The notes beneath the pieces are model-generated. The model was not told the origin of the DNA. It ran no database searches and was given only the letters and a program-made list of their open reading frames with translations. From positions 1-26,445 of IMG/VR virus record IMGVR_UViG_3300005758_000110: a stretch of 26,445 bases of DNA, one strand, 5' to 3'. This document shows positions 25,027 through 26,445 of the stretch, piece after piece. The translations under genes and the position numbers were made by a program. The first letter of the stretch is position 1. Every line of letters begins with the position of its first letter. The stretch comes from a virus (lineage: Duplodnaviria; Caudoviricetes).

Positions 25027-25219
25027 TCCTCAACATTACGGTGGAAAAGAAAATACCTATGAAGCAATAAAAGTAATTGAAGCATGGGAACTAAACTTTC
25101 ATTTAGGCAATGTAGTAAAATACATAAGCAGAGCAGGTAAAAAAGACAAAACAAAGTTAAAAGAAGACTTATTAAAAGCAAAGTGGTACTTAGATAGATA
25201 TATAGATAAAGTATTATGA
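25010..25219 (+). CDS. DUF3310 family protein (T7 gp1.7-like nucleotide kinase domain)
   Basis: 'VNNPQHY', 'GNVVKYISRAGKK', 'EDLLKAKWYL'. Confidence 0.85.
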   Translation: MEQVNNPQHYGGKENTYEAIKVIEAWELNFHLGNVVKYISRAGKKDKTKLKEDLLKAKWYLDRYIDKVL

Positions 25220-25665
25220 ACTTAGGCAAAGACGAAAAAGGAAGATTTACAGAAAAAAATATTTGGGCTTACTTAGATAAAAACTCAGGAAGACCAAGAA
25301 AATATAACACACCCGAAGAGCTTTTACAAAAAGCATTAGAATATTTCCAATGGGCTGAAGATACCCAAAAGGGAAAATATGCTGAAGCTCATCTTAGATT
25401 ATGGTTAGGTTTCTCACGTTCGAATTGGAGAGACTATAAACAAAGTCCCGAATTTTCGCACACAATGGATATAATCGACTCAATTTTTGAAGGTGACAAT
25501 GAGCAAAGGTTAATGTGGGCAGGGTCTACACAGGGAGCTATATTCAAATTAAAGAATAAACATGGTTGGAAAGACGAACAGCATAACAACAATACAAACC
25601 AAAATATAACAGTTGACTTCGGTAACTCTTTACACACCTCACAACAACCAACAGATAATACATGA
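25216..25665 (+). CDS. terS: Terminase small subunit
   Basis: 'KDEKGRF', 'GRPRKY.TPEEL.....EYF', 'GAIF.LKN..GW.D'; immediately before TerL. Confidence 0.8.
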   Translation: MNLGKDEKGRFTEKNIWAYLDKNSGRPRKYNTPEELLQKALEYFQWAEDTQKGKYAEAHLRLWLGFSRSNWRDYKQSPEFSHTMDIIDSIFEGDNEQRLMWAGSTQGAIFKLKNKHGWKDEQHNNNTNQNITVDFGNSLHTSQQPTDNT

Positions 25666-26445
25666 TTCAATAAACAAAGACCCTTATAAGTATTATGTAA
25701 TTAATATCGGTCGTCAGTTTGGAAAATCATTATTAGCAACTAATCAACTATTATATTGGATTTTATCTAATAAATGTGAATGCGCATGGGTAAGTCCTGT
25801 TTACAATCAGGCAAACAAGGTTTATGAGCAAATAGTTTCGGCTTTTGCAAATACTGATATTATCACTAAAAAAGATAGTCAAAAATTAAAGATAGTATTC
25901 TGCAATGGCTCAATGTTGCAATTCTTTTCAGCTGAGCGATACGATAACATTCGAGGCTTCACATTCGATTACTTAGTTTGTGATGAGTTTGCATTTATGG
26001 ACGAAAAAGCATGGACAGAAGTTTTAAGAGCAACTGTTTTGGTAAAAGGTAAAAAAGTGCTTTTGATTTCAACTCCAAAAGGAAAGAATCACTTTTACAA
26101 GTTACATCAATTGGATGGCATCAATGAGCAGTACAAGTCTTTCACAATGACTTCGTATGATAACCCAATGATTAATCCATCCGAGATAGACGATGCAAAG
26201 TTAACACTACCTGAAATGATATTCAGGCAGGAATACTTAGCGGAGTTTATTGATGGGTCTGCAATGCTATTCAATAACCGACAACTAACGGATAATAAAT
26301 CTTACGGTAAAGGATTTGCAGGTATTGACTTGGGAAGGGCTGACGACTATTCAGTTCTGTCTATATTTAACGAAAAAGGCGAACAGTTTTATATTGAACG
26401 TTGGAGGCATAGTGATTGGTCCACAATAGTAAAGAATATTGCAAA
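25613..26445 (+). CDS. terL: Terminase large subunit (3' truncated), not in ORF track
   Basis: TTG start just after an in-frame TAA (25607-25609): MTSVTLYTPHNNQQ..., Walker A 'GRQFGKS', 'IRGFTFDYLVCDEFAF' Walker B, 'ISTPKGKNHFY', nuclease 'GIDLGRADDYSV'; open to the window end. Confidence 0.92.
   Translation, partial: MTSVTLYTPHNNQQIIHDSINKDPYKYYVINIGRQFGKSLLATNQLLYWILSNKCECAWVSPVYNQANKVYEQIVSAFANTDIITKKDSQKLKIVFCNGSMLQFFSAERYDNIRGFTFDYLVCDEFAFMDEKAWTEVLRATVLVKGKKVLLISTPKGKNHFYKLHQLDGINEQYKSFTMTSYDNPMINPSEIDDAKLTLPEMIFRQEYLAEFIDGSAMLFNNRQLTDNKSYGKGFAGIDLGRADDYSVLSIFNEKGEQFYIERWRHSDWSTIVKNIA

Noticed and set aside
25186-25192. GTACTTA before terS as another late promoter
   Set aside because: No CAAY box at the 14-nt spacing, and it encodes the conserved WYL of DUF3310.
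547-25670. All minus-strand ORFs in the track (e.g. 4503-4754, 7470-7787, 14975-15289, 21235-21573)
   Set aside because: They lie opposite well-supported + strand genes, are short, have shadow-like Leu/Phe/Ser-rich composition and no motifs.
1-26445. Stop-codon reassignment (code 15 or 4)
   Set aside because: Genes are full length under the standard code, and TAG/TGA end genes at sensible junctions (e.g. 11231, 13095, 6677).

Overview
This AT-rich window is most of the genome of a tailed dsDNA phage (Caudoviricetes), very likely infecting a Bacteroidota/Flavobacteriia host. That host call rests on TTTG-N19/20-TAnnTTTG promoters, A-rich leaders without Shine-Dalgarno sites and a VirE_N/BT4734-type primase. 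All credible protein genes are on the + strand. The order is: partial XkdF-like prohead protease, scaffold, major capsid, tail-tube-like protein, portal with HTH/MuF-like extension, neck proteins, tail fibres, lysis cassette, early genes (C5-MTase-like, SSB-like, ERF, YqaJ exonuclease, NinG, amino-MTase), replication initiator with internal origin, primase-helicase, sigma-like factor, a 7-gene glycosyltransferase/methyltransferase cluster, TerS and partial TerL. No integrase, reverse transcriptase, tRNA or CRISPR is seen. The most unusual signals are: (1) a MTase gene packaged as an integron-like cassette bounded by an attC-like hairpin and complementary core sites (11341-12113); (2) a kissing-loop/bulged-G leader RNA ending in a terminator in front of the replication genes; (3) a minus-strand small RNA between endolysin and holin that is complementary to early-gene start codons; (4) a three-copy TKCAAY-N14-GTACTTT candidate late promoter; (5) the glycosylation cluster; (6) genes inserted between short direct repeats at start codons; (7) near-total GATC avoidance. 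All protein calls come from recalled motifs and synteny, not database searches.
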